This document shows, one piece after another, positions 42,785-53,800 of a stretch of 64,000 nt of DNA. The position numbers were made by a program, and so were the translations under genes. Numbering within the stretch: the first letter of the stretch is position 1; each line of letters begins with the position of its first letter. This DNA is from Gemmatimonadetes bacterium 13_2_20CM_2_65_7 (GTDB lineage Bacteria; Gemmatimonadota; Gemmatimonadetes; Gemmatimonadales; GWC2-71-9), in NCBI GenBank assembly GCA_001915025.1, contig MNDR01000039.1, positions 1,132 to 65,131 of the forward strand, written 5' to 3'. The notes beneath the pieces were generated by a model. It was not told where the DNA came from, made no database searches, and was given only the letters and a program-made list of their open reading frames with translations.

Positions 42785-43726
42785 TCAGGGGCAACGGAGC
42801 GCGAGCGGTTGCTCCGCGATGACGGTGCGCGTGGCGGCATCCAGCGCCACGGCGCGGGAATCGCTGATGCTCACGTCCGCGATCTCGTCGACCAAGAGCA
42901 GCGTCCCGCCGCCCTCGCCGGCCACCGCTCCTCGCAGCGAGTAGCGCCGCGCACCGGCCGAAATCATCCCACCGACGAGCCGAGTGCGCTGTGGACGGAG
43001 GACCCACCGCAGGGCGCGCAACGCGGTGTCTGTGACGGCCACTCCCGTGATCAGCAACGTGTCCGCTGCGCGAACGAATCGTCCTCGGAAACCCACCGCG
43101 TAGGATGAACTGCTGCGGAACAGCGGCACGACCTCGCCGGCGTCCGACGCCTGGTCCGCATCGAGCACGAGCGGACGCAGCAATGCAGCAGGGCTCCCGC
43201 TCATACTGTCGGCGCGTTGAGCGACGCGGGTGACGAGATGAATCGCGGCCTGTCGAGAGAGTGACGACGACGGCGTGCCGGCGCCACCCGCGAACGGCTG
43301 CGCATTGAGAAGCGCGACGACGGGGACGTGAGACGGTGGCGTACTGTGACCCGCGGCACCTCCCGGCGGAAACGCGAATACGAGCTCCGTGACCGATTCG
43401 GCATATCCGCAGGTCTCGGGCGCATGAAAACGGGCGAGCACCAGCCGCGCCGGGGCCGCGCCGCTCGCCGACAGTACCGTCGCGTTACGTCGACTGTCGG
43501 GATCAACGGTGATGAGCGGTCTGATGCGCAACGAGTCGGCGAGATCGCCCCCCCCGCCCCCGCCGTTGCCTGTGAGCTGGTGGTACAGATCCCGCGCCAA
43601 TCGGTCGCCGGCGATGAAGACGTGGGCTTCGCCGCCGAGGCTCCAGCCGAGCGCGGCAGGCCGCCCGGTACCGGCGCATCCCACTAGGACCAGGACAAGA
43701 AGCAGGTTAGCGTTGGCCCGATGCAA
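42785..43726 (-). CDS. Hypothetical lipoprotein
   Basis: The C-terminal 313 aa of tracked ORF 42785..44296. TTG 43726 gives (M)HRANANLLLVLVLVGCAG, a signal peptide plus lipobox. GC3 is high throughout. I recognise no family. Its 5' end overlaps the divergent FNR start by 6 nt. Confidence 0.5.
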   Translation of the reverse strand: MHRANANLLLVLVLVGCAGTGRPAALGWSLGGEAHVFIAGDRLARDLYHQLTGNGGGGGGDLADSLRIRPLITVDPDSRRNATVLSASGAAPARLVLARFHAPETCGYAESVTELVFAFPPGGAAGHSTPPSHVPVVALLNAQPFAGGAGTPSSSLSRQAAIHLVTRVAQRADSMSGSPAALLRPLVLDADQASDAGEVVPLFRSSSSYAVGFRGRFVRAADTLLITGVAVTDTALRALRWVLRPQRTRLVGGMISAGARRYSLRGAVAGEGGGTLLLVDEIADVSISDSRAVALDAATRTVIAEQPLALRCP

Positions 43727-44743
43727 GACGCGAAAGATATCACCATCATCGGCGCCGGCCCGACGGGTCTGTTCGCGGCGTTTTATGCCGGCATGCGTGG
43801 CGCGTCCCACCGGCTGATCGATAACCTGGATCAAGTCGGCGGCCAGCTGACCGCGCTCTACCCCGAGAAATACGTCTTCGACGTTGCCGGCTTCCCGAAG
43901 ATTCTCGCCAAAGACTTGGTGAAGGGGATGGCGGAGCAGGGACTGCAGTGGAAGCCGCCGGTGCATCTTGCGCAGAAGGTGATCGGCCTCAAGCGCACAC
44001 AGGAGAATGGCCAACCGCTGTTCACGATCGTCACCGACAAGGATGAATATCCGGGCCGCACCGTCTTGATCGCCGGCGGGATCGGCGCCTTCACGCCGCG
44101 CAAACTGCCACTCAAAGACGTGGATCAGTGGAACGACAAGGGACTCCACGATCGCGTGCTCAATCTGCAAACCTTTGCGGGCAAGCGAATTCTCATCGTC
44201 GGCGGCGGTGACTCGGCGTTCGACTGGGCGGTGAACCTTCAGGGCGTCGCCAAATCGATCGTGATGATCCACCGGCGCGACGGCTTCCGCGCCCACCAGG
44301 CGACCGTCGACCAGGTGCAGGCGCTCGCCGCGGCTGGGAAGATGGAGCTGCGCACGTTCTGGGAGCTGAAGGCGATTAGTGGAGCCGACCGCATCGAGCG
44401 CGTGACCATCATCAACAACAAGACGAAACAGGAAGAGACGCTGCCGATGGACTGCGTGATCCCGCAGCTCGGCTTCGTTTCGTCACTGGGCGCGATCGCG
44501 GAGTGGGGGCTCGACATCGAGAAGGGTGACATCAAGGTGTCGCAGACGATGGAAACCAATATCCCGGGCATCTACGCGGCGGGAGACATCACGACCTATC
44601 CGGGGAAGCTGAAACTAATCGCGACGGGGGTGGCCGAGGCGTGTATCGCCGTCAACCACGCCGTGCACTTTCTCAATCCATCCGCCAAGTTCGAGCCGGG
44701 ACATAGCTCCAACATGGCGATTTTTGGACAGAAAGAAGATTAG
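43721..44743 (+). CDS. Thioredoxin-reductase-type ferredoxin-NADP+ reductase (YumC-like)
   Basis: 340 aa beginning ITIIGAGPTGLFAAFYAGMRG...GGQLTALYPEKYVFDVAGFP, with a second dinucleotide motif ILIVGGGDSAFDWA and no CxxC redox pair. Confidence 0.85.
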   Translation: MQDAKDITIIGAGPTGLFAAFYAGMRGASHRLIDNLDQVGGQLTALYPEKYVFDVAGFPKILAKDLVKGMAEQGLQWKPPVHLAQKVIGLKRTQENGQPLFTIVTDKDEYPGRTVLIAGGIGAFTPRKLPLKDVDQWNDKGLHDRVLNLQTFAGKRILIVGGGDSAFDWAVNLQGVAKSIVMIHRRDGFRAHQATVDQVQALAAAGKMELRTFWELKAISGADRIERVTIINNKTKQEETLPMDCVIPQLGFVSSLGAIAEWGLDIEKGDIKVSQTMETNIPGIYAAGDITTYPGKLKLIATGVAEACIAVNHAVHFLNPSAKFEPGHSSNMAIFGQKED

Positions 44744-46218
44744 CGCGCGAGTTGAACGACCACTGAGTCTATCTGCGCGAGCATCTGTCTGTTCGGCACA
44801 TCATGTGCGTTGGCTTGAATCGAAAACGTGATCACCCGCCCGTCCGCGCGCTCGATGTAGCCCGACAATGTGTTCACCCGGAAAATCGATCCCGTTTTCG
44901 CGAGCACGCGACCTTCCAGTGGCGTCGCGCCGAAGCGTTTCTGCAGCGAGCCGCGCTGCTCGGCGCGCGGCAACGCCGCAAGAAATGGCCGCCGCTTGGG
45001 ATGGCGATACATGTAGGCGAGGAGCTGCACGAACGTGTGCGGTGTCACGAGATTGCCCGCCGATAATCCCGAGCCGTCATCGAGCGCGAACGCCGTCGAG
45101 TCGACCTTCACCGAATCCATCAGGAATCGCTTCTCGACGTCTAGTCCCTTCGCCCAACTTCCCGTGTCACCGACCTCGCGCCCGAGAATCTTGAGCAGCA
45201 TTTCGGCAAACCAGTTCTGACTGGTATTCAGGATCGGGAAAATGATGTCGGACAGCGGTCGGCCGCGATATTCGACGATGGGGTTCACGCGTACGGCACG
45301 GTAGACCATCGAGTCGGTCGTGCTGGCTGCGCCCCCTTCCACCGACACACCCTTGCGCTGTAGAGACAGCTCGAGCGCGCGAGCGGCATAGAGACTCGGA
45401 TCCGGTAGCGCGAAGCTCTCGATCCACGGCGTGCGGCTCAGCGACACCGTCCCTTCGGCCCAAATGTCGAGTGTCCCCGGCTTGCGAAAGAAGTTGTCGC
45501 CGATCGTCGTGCTGGAATCCGGCGGCACCGTCCGCGCGCGGTTCTCGAACGTGAAAAGATGGAGGTCGGGATTCCAGGTGATGGATGGCGGCTGATCCAC
45601 CGCGCCGCCGGGCGTGATTTGGAAGTCGACGCTGTTGTCGTGAAACCCGAGCCCCGAGACGGGCGCCGCGTACCACCAGTTGAGGTCGAACGAGCCCCAG
45701 TTCCAGTGCGTCAGTGTCGGCTCGAAATACGATCCGTCCCCGACGATTCGGCCGGTGACGCGGCGCAGCCCGTGCGCCTTGAACGAATCGGCGATGGCGT
45801 CGACGGCGGTCCACGTCGAGTCACAAGCGCCCGGCGCCAACGTATCCACCGCGTAGCAGCGCTCGGACCACGTTGGATCGCCGCGCCCGTAGAGAATCAA
45901 ATCGCCCTTCAGCACGCCGTCCGTCACCGTGCCGTTCGCATACACGCTCGTTCGCACGCGATAATCGGCGGGGAGCAAGACTGTCGCGGCGGCGGCAACG
46001 ACGAGCTTGGTGTTGCTCGCCGGTACGGAGAAGTGATCGCCGTTGCGGTTGAACAGGACGTGCCCGCGATCGTCCTGGGCGTACACATTCCAGGTGGCGC
46101 GATCGAACGGCGGCTGATCGAGCAGCCGCGTGATGCGCTGCTGCAATGAGCCGCGGCTTTGCGCCTGGAGAGAAGCCGCGGCGCTAATCGTAAGCGACGC
46201 GAGGATCAGCTTTCGCAT
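44740..46218 (-). CDS. dacB: D-alanyl-D-alanine carboxypeptidase/endopeptidase (PBP4, peptidase S13)
   Basis: 492 aa with a signal peptide, SxxK (PASNTKL) and KTG (LAKTGS). The domain-insertion architecture is typical of PBP4. Confidence 0.8.
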   Translation of the reverse strand: MRKLILASLTISAAASLQAQSRGSLQQRITRLLDQPPFDRATWNVYAQDDRGHVLFNRNGDHFSVPASNTKLVVAAAATVLLPADYRVRTSVYANGTVTDGVLKGDLILYGRGDPTWSERCYAVDTLAPGACDSTWTAVDAIADSFKAHGLRRVTGRIVGDGSYFEPTLTHWNWGSFDLNWWYAAPVSGLGFHDNSVDFQITPGGAVDQPPSITWNPDLHLFTFENRARTVPPDSSTTIGDNFFRKPGTLDIWAEGTVSLSRTPWIESFALPDPSLYAARALELSLQRKGVSVEGGAASTTDSMVYRAVRVNPIVEYRGRPLSDIIFPILNTSQNWFAEMLLKILGREVGDTGSWAKGLDVEKRFLMDSVKVDSTAFALDDGSGLSAGNLVTPHTFVQLLAYMYRHPKRRPFLAALPRAEQRGSLQKRFGATPLEGRVLAKTGSIFRVNTLSGYIERADGRVITFSIQANAHDVPNRQMLAQIDSVVVQLAR

Positions 46219-47104
46219 AGAGCACGTCAGTGAGAAGGTTGACCAGCACGAAAATCACGGACAGGAACAGGATGCTGCCCTGGATCGCCGGTAGATCGCG
46301 CTTTTGAATCGCCAGCAACACGTATCGGCCCACGCCCGGCCAGGAAAATATCGTCTCGGTGAGAATACTTCCGGTGAGATAATTGCCAACGTCGAGTCCG
46401 AGCACGGTGATAATCGGGAGCAGCGCGTTCCGAAACGCGTGGCGGCCGATGACGCGCCGTTCCGGAAGACCTTTCGCCCGCGCCGTCCGCACAAAATCGG
46501 CAGGCAGCACGTCGAGCATCGCGCCGCGTGTCATGCGCGCGAGAAACGCGATCGAACGCGTGCCGAGCGTTAGCGCGGGAAGCACCAGAAACGCGATCCC
46601 GCCGTACCCCGACGGCGGCAGCCACTGCAACGCGACGGCGAACAACAGGATCAGGAGCAAACCGACCCAGTAGACGGGGAAGGATACGCCGACGTAGGCG
46701 ATGAACATGCTGAATCGGTCGACCGCACCGCCTGGCCTGATCGCCGCGAGCACGCCGAGCGCGATACCACACGTCGCCGCGAGCAACATCGCGGCTCCCG
46801 CGAGTTGCAGTGTCTTGGGAAATCGCTCGGCCAGGTCGCCGAGGACGGGACGCTGGGTGATGTAGGACCGGCCCAAATCGCCCCGTACGACGCCCCAGAG
46901 ATAGTGGCCGAACTGCACGGGCACCGGCTCGTCCAGATGCAGCTCGGCGCGCAACCGGACGATCGTGGCTGAGTCGGCCCGCTCCCCAACCATTTCGGCG
47001 ACCGGGTCTCCGGGGATGACGTTGAGCAGCAGGAAGGCGACGACGAGCACGCCGAACAGGGTCGGAACGATCGCCAGCAGTCGGCCGACGACGAGCCGGA
47101 TCAC
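46184..47104 (-). CDS. ABC transporter permease (peptide/nickel, DppB/OppB-like)
   Basis: GTG 47104 (VIRLVVGRLLAIVPTLFGV, GTGA overlap with the SBP stop). Has the EAA-like loop FVRTARAKGLPERRVIGRHAFRNALLPI. Confidence 0.8.
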   Translation of the reverse strand: MIRLVVGRLLAIVPTLFGVLVVAFLLLNVIPGDPVAEMVGERADSATIVRLRAELHLDEPVPVQFGHYLWGVVRGDLGRSYITQRPVLGDLAERFPKTLQLAGAAMLLAATCGIALGVLAAIRPGGAVDRFSMFIAYVGVSFPVYWVGLLLILLFAVALQWLPPSGYGGIAFLVLPALTLGTRSIAFLARMTRGAMLDVLPADFVRTARAKGLPERRVIGRHAFRNALLPIITVLGLDVGNYLTGSILTETIFSWPGVGRYVLLAIQKRDLPAIQGSILFLSVIFVLVNLLTDVLYAKADPRVAYD

Positions 47105-48681
47105 TTGGGGTGCGCTTTGATCCAGCGCTGGCCGTTGAAGATCACCGGCACGTCCCACCCGTCGAGGGAGGGCTGGGCCGCCCAGAGATCGATCGGAAAC
47201 CACAGGTAGATCCACGGCGCCGCGCGAAAGACTCGGGTCTCGATGCGGCGGTAGAGCGCCTCGCGCGCCTGCTGATCGACGGTGCGGCGCGCCGTGAGAA
47301 TCAGCGAATCGGTGACCGGATCGCTATAGAAGGAAACGTTGCCGCCGGGCCCGAAGCTGGTGCTGTGAAAGAGCGGATAGAGGAAGTTGTCCGCATCGGG
47401 ATAATCGGCCCACCAGTCCAGCAGCGCGATGTCGGTCTCACCCTTCCGCGCCGCTTCGCGCATGCTGGACGCATCGCGGGACACGATCTCGACTCGGATC
47501 CCGACGGCCGAGAGCTGCGCCTGCAGCGCCTGCGCAACGCGACCCAGCTCCACGTTCGTGCCCGACCGCCAGAGCTGCACGGCGAACCCGTCCGGGTACC
47601 CGGCGGCGCGCAGCAGCCGTCGCGCCTCGGTGGTGTCGTAGGCGTAGGGCCGGCGCGTCGGGTCGCTGCCGCCCAGCGCGGGCGGAATCGATCCCGCGGC
47701 CGCGATGCCGCGGCTGTTCCAGACGGTGCTGAGGATCTGAGGGATATTCACGGCGTGATTGATCGCGCGGCGCACGTTCGGATCGCGCAGCGGACCACGG
47801 CGATTGTTGAGCGCCACGTACACGACGCGCAGCGCGGCTTTGCGGTGCAGCCAGTCGGCGTGCTCGTGCTCCCACTTCATCGTCTCACCGAACGGGATTT
47901 CAGCAACCGAAAGGCGGCCCGCGAGAAATTCTGCCGCGCGTGTCAGCGGCTCGGGCACGATGCGAACGGTGAGCGATTCGGCGCGTGGCGCGCCGCCCCA
48001 GTACGACGGATTGCGCGCGAACCGGAGGTAGTCGTCATGCTCCCACGCGACGAATCGCCACGGACCCGTGCCAATGGGCCGCTGGCCGAAGTCGGGCGCT
48101 AGGGAAGACGGCACGATCGCGGCGACCGGCATGGCAAGGAATTTCGGAAAGACGGCGAGCGGCTGCGTCAGCGTGAAGACCACCGCACTGTCGCCGAGGA
48201 GCTCGATGCCGCGCACGCCGAGGGCGCGGCCGTCGGCATAGTCCTGAGCGCCGGCGATCGGCAGCAGCGGCCAGACTCGTCCGCCGTGCGTTGCGGGATT
48301 CAGAACACGCAGGAATGAGCGTTTGACGTCTGCCGCGACGAACGGATGGCCGTCGTGAAACGTGACTCCCGAACGCACATGAAAGACATAACGCTGCGCC
48401 CTCTTGTCGGCGGTCCAGCGATCGGAAAGGCCGGGCAGCAGTTTACCGTCGGGATCGAACTGCGTCAGACCATCGAACAACAGCGAGACCATCTCGCCCG
48501 TAGGCACATCAGTGGACAGCGCAGGATCGAGCGAGCGTGGATCGTTGCTTTCGTAGTAGACGAGTCCCCGTAGCTCGTTCCCGCCGCCTGACCTCGCGTG
48601 GCAGGCGGCGAGAAAACAGAGGAACAGGGCGCTCGTCGCGGTGTCGAAAAGGTTGACAGTGCGGAGCAAGTGTCGCAACAT
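47101..48681 (-). CDS. ABC transporter substrate-binding protein, family 5 (peptide/nickel), lipoprotein
   Basis: About 526 aa with the lipobox FLAAC and an SBP_bac_5-like core. ATG 48681 is preferred over the tracked TTG 48696. Confidence 0.8.
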   Translation of the reverse strand: MLRHLLRTVNLFDTATSALFLCFLAACHARSGGGNELRGLVYYESNDPRSLDPALSTDVPTGEMVSLLFDGLTQFDPDGKLLPGLSDRWTADKRAQRYVFHVRSGVTFHDGHPFVAADVKRSFLRVLNPATHGGRVWPLLPIAGAQDYADGRALGVRGIELLGDSAVVFTLTQPLAVFPKFLAMPVAAIVPSSLAPDFGQRPIGTGPWRFVAWEHDDYLRFARNPSYWGGAPRAESLTVRIVPEPLTRAAEFLAGRLSVAEIPFGETMKWEHEHADWLHRKAALRVVYVALNNRRGPLRDPNVRRAINHAVNIPQILSTVWNSRGIAAAGSIPPALGGSDPTRRPYAYDTTEARRLLRAAGYPDGFAVQLWRSGTNVELGRVAQALQAQLSAVGIRVEIVSRDASSMREAARKGETDIALLDWWADYPDADNFLYPLFHSTSFGPGGNVSFYSDPVTDSLILTARRTVDQQAREALYRRIETRVFRAAPWIYLWFPIDLWAAQPSLDGWDVPVIFNGQRWIKAHPK

Positions 48682-48706
48682 AGCCAAGACTGGCAAATCC
48701 CGTCAA

Positions 48707-50857
48707 TTGCGCGTCGCATCCCTCCTGCTGCTCGCCGCGCTCGCGGCGTCGACCGTTCTTTCCGCTCAGGAGCAGGAGCGGGTCGTGCGGGAGCTGTCGT
48801 TCGTCGGTAACCGCGCGCTCGACGATCTGACGCTCGAGAGCGCGATCGCGACGACCAAATCGAGCTGGTGGGCCCGGAGCCCGTTGGTGCGGTGGCTCGG
48901 GCTCGGCGAAAAGCGCTACTTCAGCGAAGTCGAGTTTCGGCGCGACGTCGTGCGCCTGATCCTGCTGTATCGTCAGAGCGGATTCATGAATGCGGTCGTC
49001 GACACCTTGGTGCGCCGTACACCTCGGGATGTCTACGTCACGTTTCGCATTCATGAGGGCGACCCTGTGCGGGTCGCCCGGCTCGATGTGAAGGGCGTCG
49101 CAGGAATCTTCAACATCGACAAATTGAAACACGACCTCCCGCTGCAGGTTGGCGATCCCTTCAACCGCTTTCTGATGCAGGCGTCGGCCGATACCATCGT
49201 TGCTCGGCTCCGCAATAACGGTTTTCCGTACGCTGAAGTGCTCCGAAACTTCGACTCGGAAGCTGGAGTGTTACGGGCCGAAGTGGAGCTGGATGCGCAG
49301 CCCGGCCCGCACACGCGGATCGGCGAGGTGGAGATCCGCGGCTTGCGGGACGTGGATACCGGCACCGTCCGGCGCGTCACGTCGGTACGACCCGGTCAGC
49401 CCTTCAAGCAGGACGCGCTCTATCAGACGCAGCGCGACCTTTATGGCATGGGCATCTTCAGCTCGGTCAATGTGGTGCTGATCGATTCGGTTGCGCCGCA
49501 AGAAACCACACCCCGTGACTCGACAGCTCGCGTTTTGGTGCAGCTGCTGGAGGGCCCGCGGCATCAGCTGCGCTTCGGGGGCGGATACGGCAGCGTGGAA
49601 TGTTTCCGCGTGCAGAGCGGATGGACCGCACACGATTTCTTGGGCGGCGCCCGAACGCTCGATCTCTCCGCGCGCGTCTCGAAGCTGGGCGGCACGCCCA
49701 AGGGATCGACGGGATTCGATCAATTTTGTAATCCCTTCGCGGGCAAGTGGACATTCGATACGCTCAATTACAGTCTCGGCATGACCCTGCGGCAGCCGGC
49801 GTTTCTATCCCGCTCGCACACTGGAACACTGGGCTTTCTGCTCGAGCGGCATTCGGAATTCAACATCTACACGCGCGAAGCGGTCGGCGGGAACGCCGAG
49901 ATGACTTTGAACACACGTGGCCGGCTCCCGGTGACGCTGGGCTACAGTTATTCGTTTGGGCGTACGAAGGCGAGCGCAGGCGTGTACTGCAGCCTGTTCC
50001 GCGTCTGCGTCGCGCAGAGCCAGGAGTTTCTGCGCAAGAAGCGGGGCTTTGGCGCGGCGACGATCACAATCGTTCGCGACCGTGTGAACAATGTCCTGGA
50101 TCCCACCGAAGGGAGCGTCTCGACCATCAACCTGCTGCATGCTTCCCGACTCATCGGCTCGGACAGCACCTACGAGTTCAATCGCGGCGAGGTCGAGGTC
50201 GCCAAGTACTATCCCATCGGTCGCCGCACGGTGTTCGCCTGGCGGGTGCGCGGCGGGACGATTCTTCCGCGCAACATCAAGATCGGCGCTCAGAAGGTGG
50301 GGTATGTGCCGCCGGATCAGCGGTTCTACGGGGGCGGCCCCAACTCAGTCCGCGGCTACGGACGTAACGAACTGGGACCGCGGGTTTACGTGCTCGTCAG
50401 CCCTGATACGACCTCTCCCGCCGCAGTCGACACGGCCGCGTCGCGCCGCGCCGGTGAAACGGTGTTCCGCAACGTGCAGACCCGGCCGACCGGCGGCAAT
50501 ACGGCGATCATCGCCAACGCGGAGCTGCGCCTGCCGTCGCCGATTCTGTCGTCGCGTATGCGCCTCGGAATTTTTGTGGACGCGGGCCAGGTCTGGGAGC
50601 GCGGCGAAGAAATAATCACGATCCGCGGACTGCGGGTGACACCGGGCGCGGGTGTCCGTTTCACGACGCCGCTCGGGCCGGTACGCATCGACGCGGCCTA
50701 CAATGGGTATGCGACCGAGCGTGGCCCGCTGCTGTACCAAACCAGCGATACGGCCAGCACGATTACCCAGATCCGCCAGTCGTATCCGCCGGTCCGAGCG
50801 AACAAGTCATTCTGGCAAAAAGTTGTGGTGCAGTTTGCCGTGGGACAGGCGTTCTAG
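48707..50857 (+). CDS. tamA: BamA/TamA family outer-membrane protein (POTRA domains + 16-strand barrel)
   Basis: POTRA-like repeats precede an Omp85 barrel that ends ...VVQFAVGQAF. It lies directly upstream of tamB. TTG 48707 gives a clean signal peptide (RVASLLLLAALAASTVLSAQ). The tracked GTG 48641 would overlap the divergent SBP gene. Confidence 0.75.
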   Translation: MRVASLLLLAALAASTVLSAQEQERVVRELSFVGNRALDDLTLESAIATTKSSWWARSPLVRWLGLGEKRYFSEVEFRRDVVRLILLYRQSGFMNAVVDTLVRRTPRDVYVTFRIHEGDPVRVARLDVKGVAGIFNIDKLKHDLPLQVGDPFNRFLMQASADTIVARLRNNGFPYAEVLRNFDSEAGVLRAEVELDAQPGPHTRIGEVEIRGLRDVDTGTVRRVTSVRPGQPFKQDALYQTQRDLYGMGIFSSVNVVLIDSVAPQETTPRDSTARVLVQLLEGPRHQLRFGGGYGSVECFRVQSGWTAHDFLGGARTLDLSARVSKLGGTPKGSTGFDQFCNPFAGKWTFDTLNYSLGMTLRQPAFLSRSHTGTLGFLLERHSEFNIYTREAVGGNAEMTLNTRGRLPVTLGYSYSFGRTKASAGVYCSLFRVCVAQSQEFLRKKRGFGAATITIVRDRVNNVLDPTEGSVSTINLLHASRLIGSDSTYEFNRGEVEVAKYYPIGRRTVFAWRVRGGTILPRNIKIGAQKVGYVPPDQRFYGGGPNSVRGYGRNELGPRVYVLVSPDTTSPAAVDTAASRRAGETVFRNVQTRPTGGNTAIIANAELRLPSPILSSRMRLGIFVDAGQVWERGEEIITIRGLRVTPGAGVRFTTPLGPVRIDAAYNGYATERGPLLYQTSDTASTITQIRQSYPPVRANKSFWQKVVVQFAVGQAF

Positions 50858-50858
50858 C

Positions 50859-53800
50859 ATGCGCCGCTCTTTGGGCGTCGCCCTCTGGTCGCTGGTCGGA
50901 CTGCTCGCCTGCTTCCTCGGCGCCCTCAACGCCCTGGTCGGCACGGAGGCGGGCCGGACGCTGCTCGCCCGCATCGCGAGCGCGGCGGTGCAAAATGCCG
51001 TGTCCGGCACGATTCAGGTCGGCGAAGTGCGCGGCTCGCTGCTGACCGGCGTTGTGCTCAGCGACGTCCGCATGTGGGATCCTGATTCGACCCTCGTGGC
51101 CTGGCTGCCGCATGCCGAGCTCGGTTATAACCTCATCGATTTCGCGGCCGGCCGCATTGTCTTCATGGAAGTGCGGCTCGACCGGCCGGTGATCAACATC
51201 GTCCAGCACGCCAACGGCAAGACCAACTTCGCCGAGCTGCTTCGCCTCGACGTGAAGGACACCGTCACGGTGGCGCGGCTCGGACCAGCGGGACCCCGGT
51301 CACTGATCCTGTTACGCAACGTGCAGATCGACGACGGTTCGCTCACGCTGCGGCTGCAGAAACACGGCCACGCAAGCGCGAACGAAGAAGTCGAATCGTC
51401 GGGTGAGGACGGCCGCTACCGCATTCGCCGCTTCGAGCATCTCAATGCACGGCTCGCGGCGCTGCGCATCCAGGCGCCGCGCGAGCGGGGGATTCGCATC
51501 GACTTCCTGCGGCTCGCCACGGAGAGCAGCGACCCGCGGCTCTCGATCGCGGATCTCGAGGGCCGGATCACGATCGACGGCCACAATCTCGACGTCGATC
51601 TGGCGCGCGTGCGCTTCCCCGGAACGCAGTTCAGCGCGCGTGGCACGGTGAAGTGGCCGCGCGACACGGTGCTCTGGAACCTCGCGATGCGCGCCGATTC
51701 AGCAACGCTGACCGACATCCGCTTCATCGACCCACGCTTTCCCGAGCACGCGGTGCTGCACGGGGGCGTGACGTTGTCGTCTCACGGCGGACGCGTGCTC
51801 GAAATCGAGCTGCGTCCGCTCGACCTCGCATTGGGCAAAGGCCGTCTTACGGGTCACGTCACCGCCTACAGCGCCGCCGACTCGGGATTGGTCGCGCTGA
51901 GACAGGGGGATCTGCAGGCCCGCGATCTGTCGCTCGAGCTCGTCCGCCCGTACCTGGATACGCTGCCGTTCGCAGGCCGTCTCACCGGGCAGACGATCGT
52001 CGACGGGCCGATGCGAGCGCTGAAGATCGAAACAGGATGGTCGTTCCGGGATTCTATGCTCTCCGGGTGGCCCGAGACACAGATCCAGGGCAAAGGCGAG
52101 ATCAACCTGTCGGGGCACGAGCTGGCCTTCCAGCCGTTTGCGGTCGAAGCCGGGCGCATCGATCTCGGCACGGTGCGGCGGCTCGTACCTTCCTTCGATC
52201 TCCAGGGCGAGCTCGATGCCACTGGCACGCTGACCGGTACGCTCAAGAACGCGAGCTTCAGCGGGACGCTGCGTCACCACGACGGCAACCGGCCCGTGAG
52301 TGTCATCCGTGGCGTCGTTGCGCTCGACTCGCGCACGCCGATCCTCGGCGTCTTCGCCGATGTGCATGCTGACTCGCTGGCGCTCGACGGCTTGAGCGGC
52401 AGGGCGCGCAACTTTCCTCTGCGTGGTTCGCTCGCCGGCACGATCCGCCTCGACGGCTCTCTCGCCGGTCTCGAAACCCATGCCGATCTCGCGATGCTCG
52501 GCGGCGGCGGCGCGATCCGCGGCGACGGGACCTTGCTACTCGGCGAGCCCACCACTCATCCCGTCTACGGCGTTCGCGGGTTTACCTTGCGCGCCACCGA
52601 CGTGAGCGTGCAGCGCTGGCTGGCGCACAATAAGAACATTCCACCGACGCGTCTCACATTCACGGCAAGCGGCAGCGTGGCAGGCGACACGCTGACGCCA
52701 CCCACCGGCAGAGTGTCCGTGAATGTCGCGCCATCGCTGTTCGCGGGAACGGTGGTCGACAGCGGTGGCGGCATGGTTCACTTCGCCGACAACCGTGTGT
52801 ACGTCGACTCGATGCGGCTGCAGCAGCCGGGACTGCTCACGCAAGGCCGGGGTTCCATCGGCTGGAAACGCCCCAACCGCGGCACGCTGGTGTTCGACTT
52901 CGACGCCGATAGCCTCAGCGTCCTCGATTCGCTGGCAACCTGGCTCGCGGGGAGAACGCTGACCGGTGGGCCCACGCCGGATGAGGCACTCAAGGGATCG
53001 GCGAAAGTTCGGCTGACGCTCGAAGGAGCCTTGGATTCGATAGCGTTGGGCGCCGAGGCACAGGTCGCCGATCTGCGGTGGCGCGGCTGGCACATGCCGA
53101 AGGGTGAGGGCTCGATTCTTTTTCAGCCGGGTCCGGTGCCGAGTTTCGAGCTGGACGCGAATCTCGACTCCCTCGGTTACGGCACCTTGGGCTTTGGCGC
53201 CGCCGCCGCCCAGGCCAAGGGCACGCGAGACTCACTCACCTGGTTTGCGCGCTCTCGCGTCGGCGACTTGGGCGCGTTCCTGGCCGGCGGTCGCTACGAG
53301 CGCCCGGCGGGCCGGTCTCTACAACACGTCGCCATTGATTCGCTCGCGGTCTTGTTACCGAGCGGTGTCTGGTTCCTCGAGCATCCCACGGCGCTCACAC
53401 TGAGCGATTCGATGCTGCGCGTGGACTCGGCATCGTTGGCCAACGCCGCCGGCTCGAGTCGCGGACGTTTGTCGATCGCCGGAGATCTGCCGCGCCACGG
53501 ACGCATCAACGCGCGCGTATCGCTGGACAGTTTCCCGCTGACCGGCGTCTATGCGCTACTGCAACAGGACACCGTGGGTGTTCGAGGCGCGCTGACCGCA
53601 TCGGTCGCGGCCACGGGCACGCGGGACAACCCTGCCTATACCGGCTCATTTGCATTCTCAAATGCATCGTTCGGTTCGTTCAGCGCGCCGTTCATGGACG
53701 GAAATCTCGACTACGGGAACCGGCGGCTGAACGGCGAGGTGCACCTGTGGCGGTCGGGGCAGCAGGTGCTCAACGTGACCGCCCACCTGCCGTTGGATCT

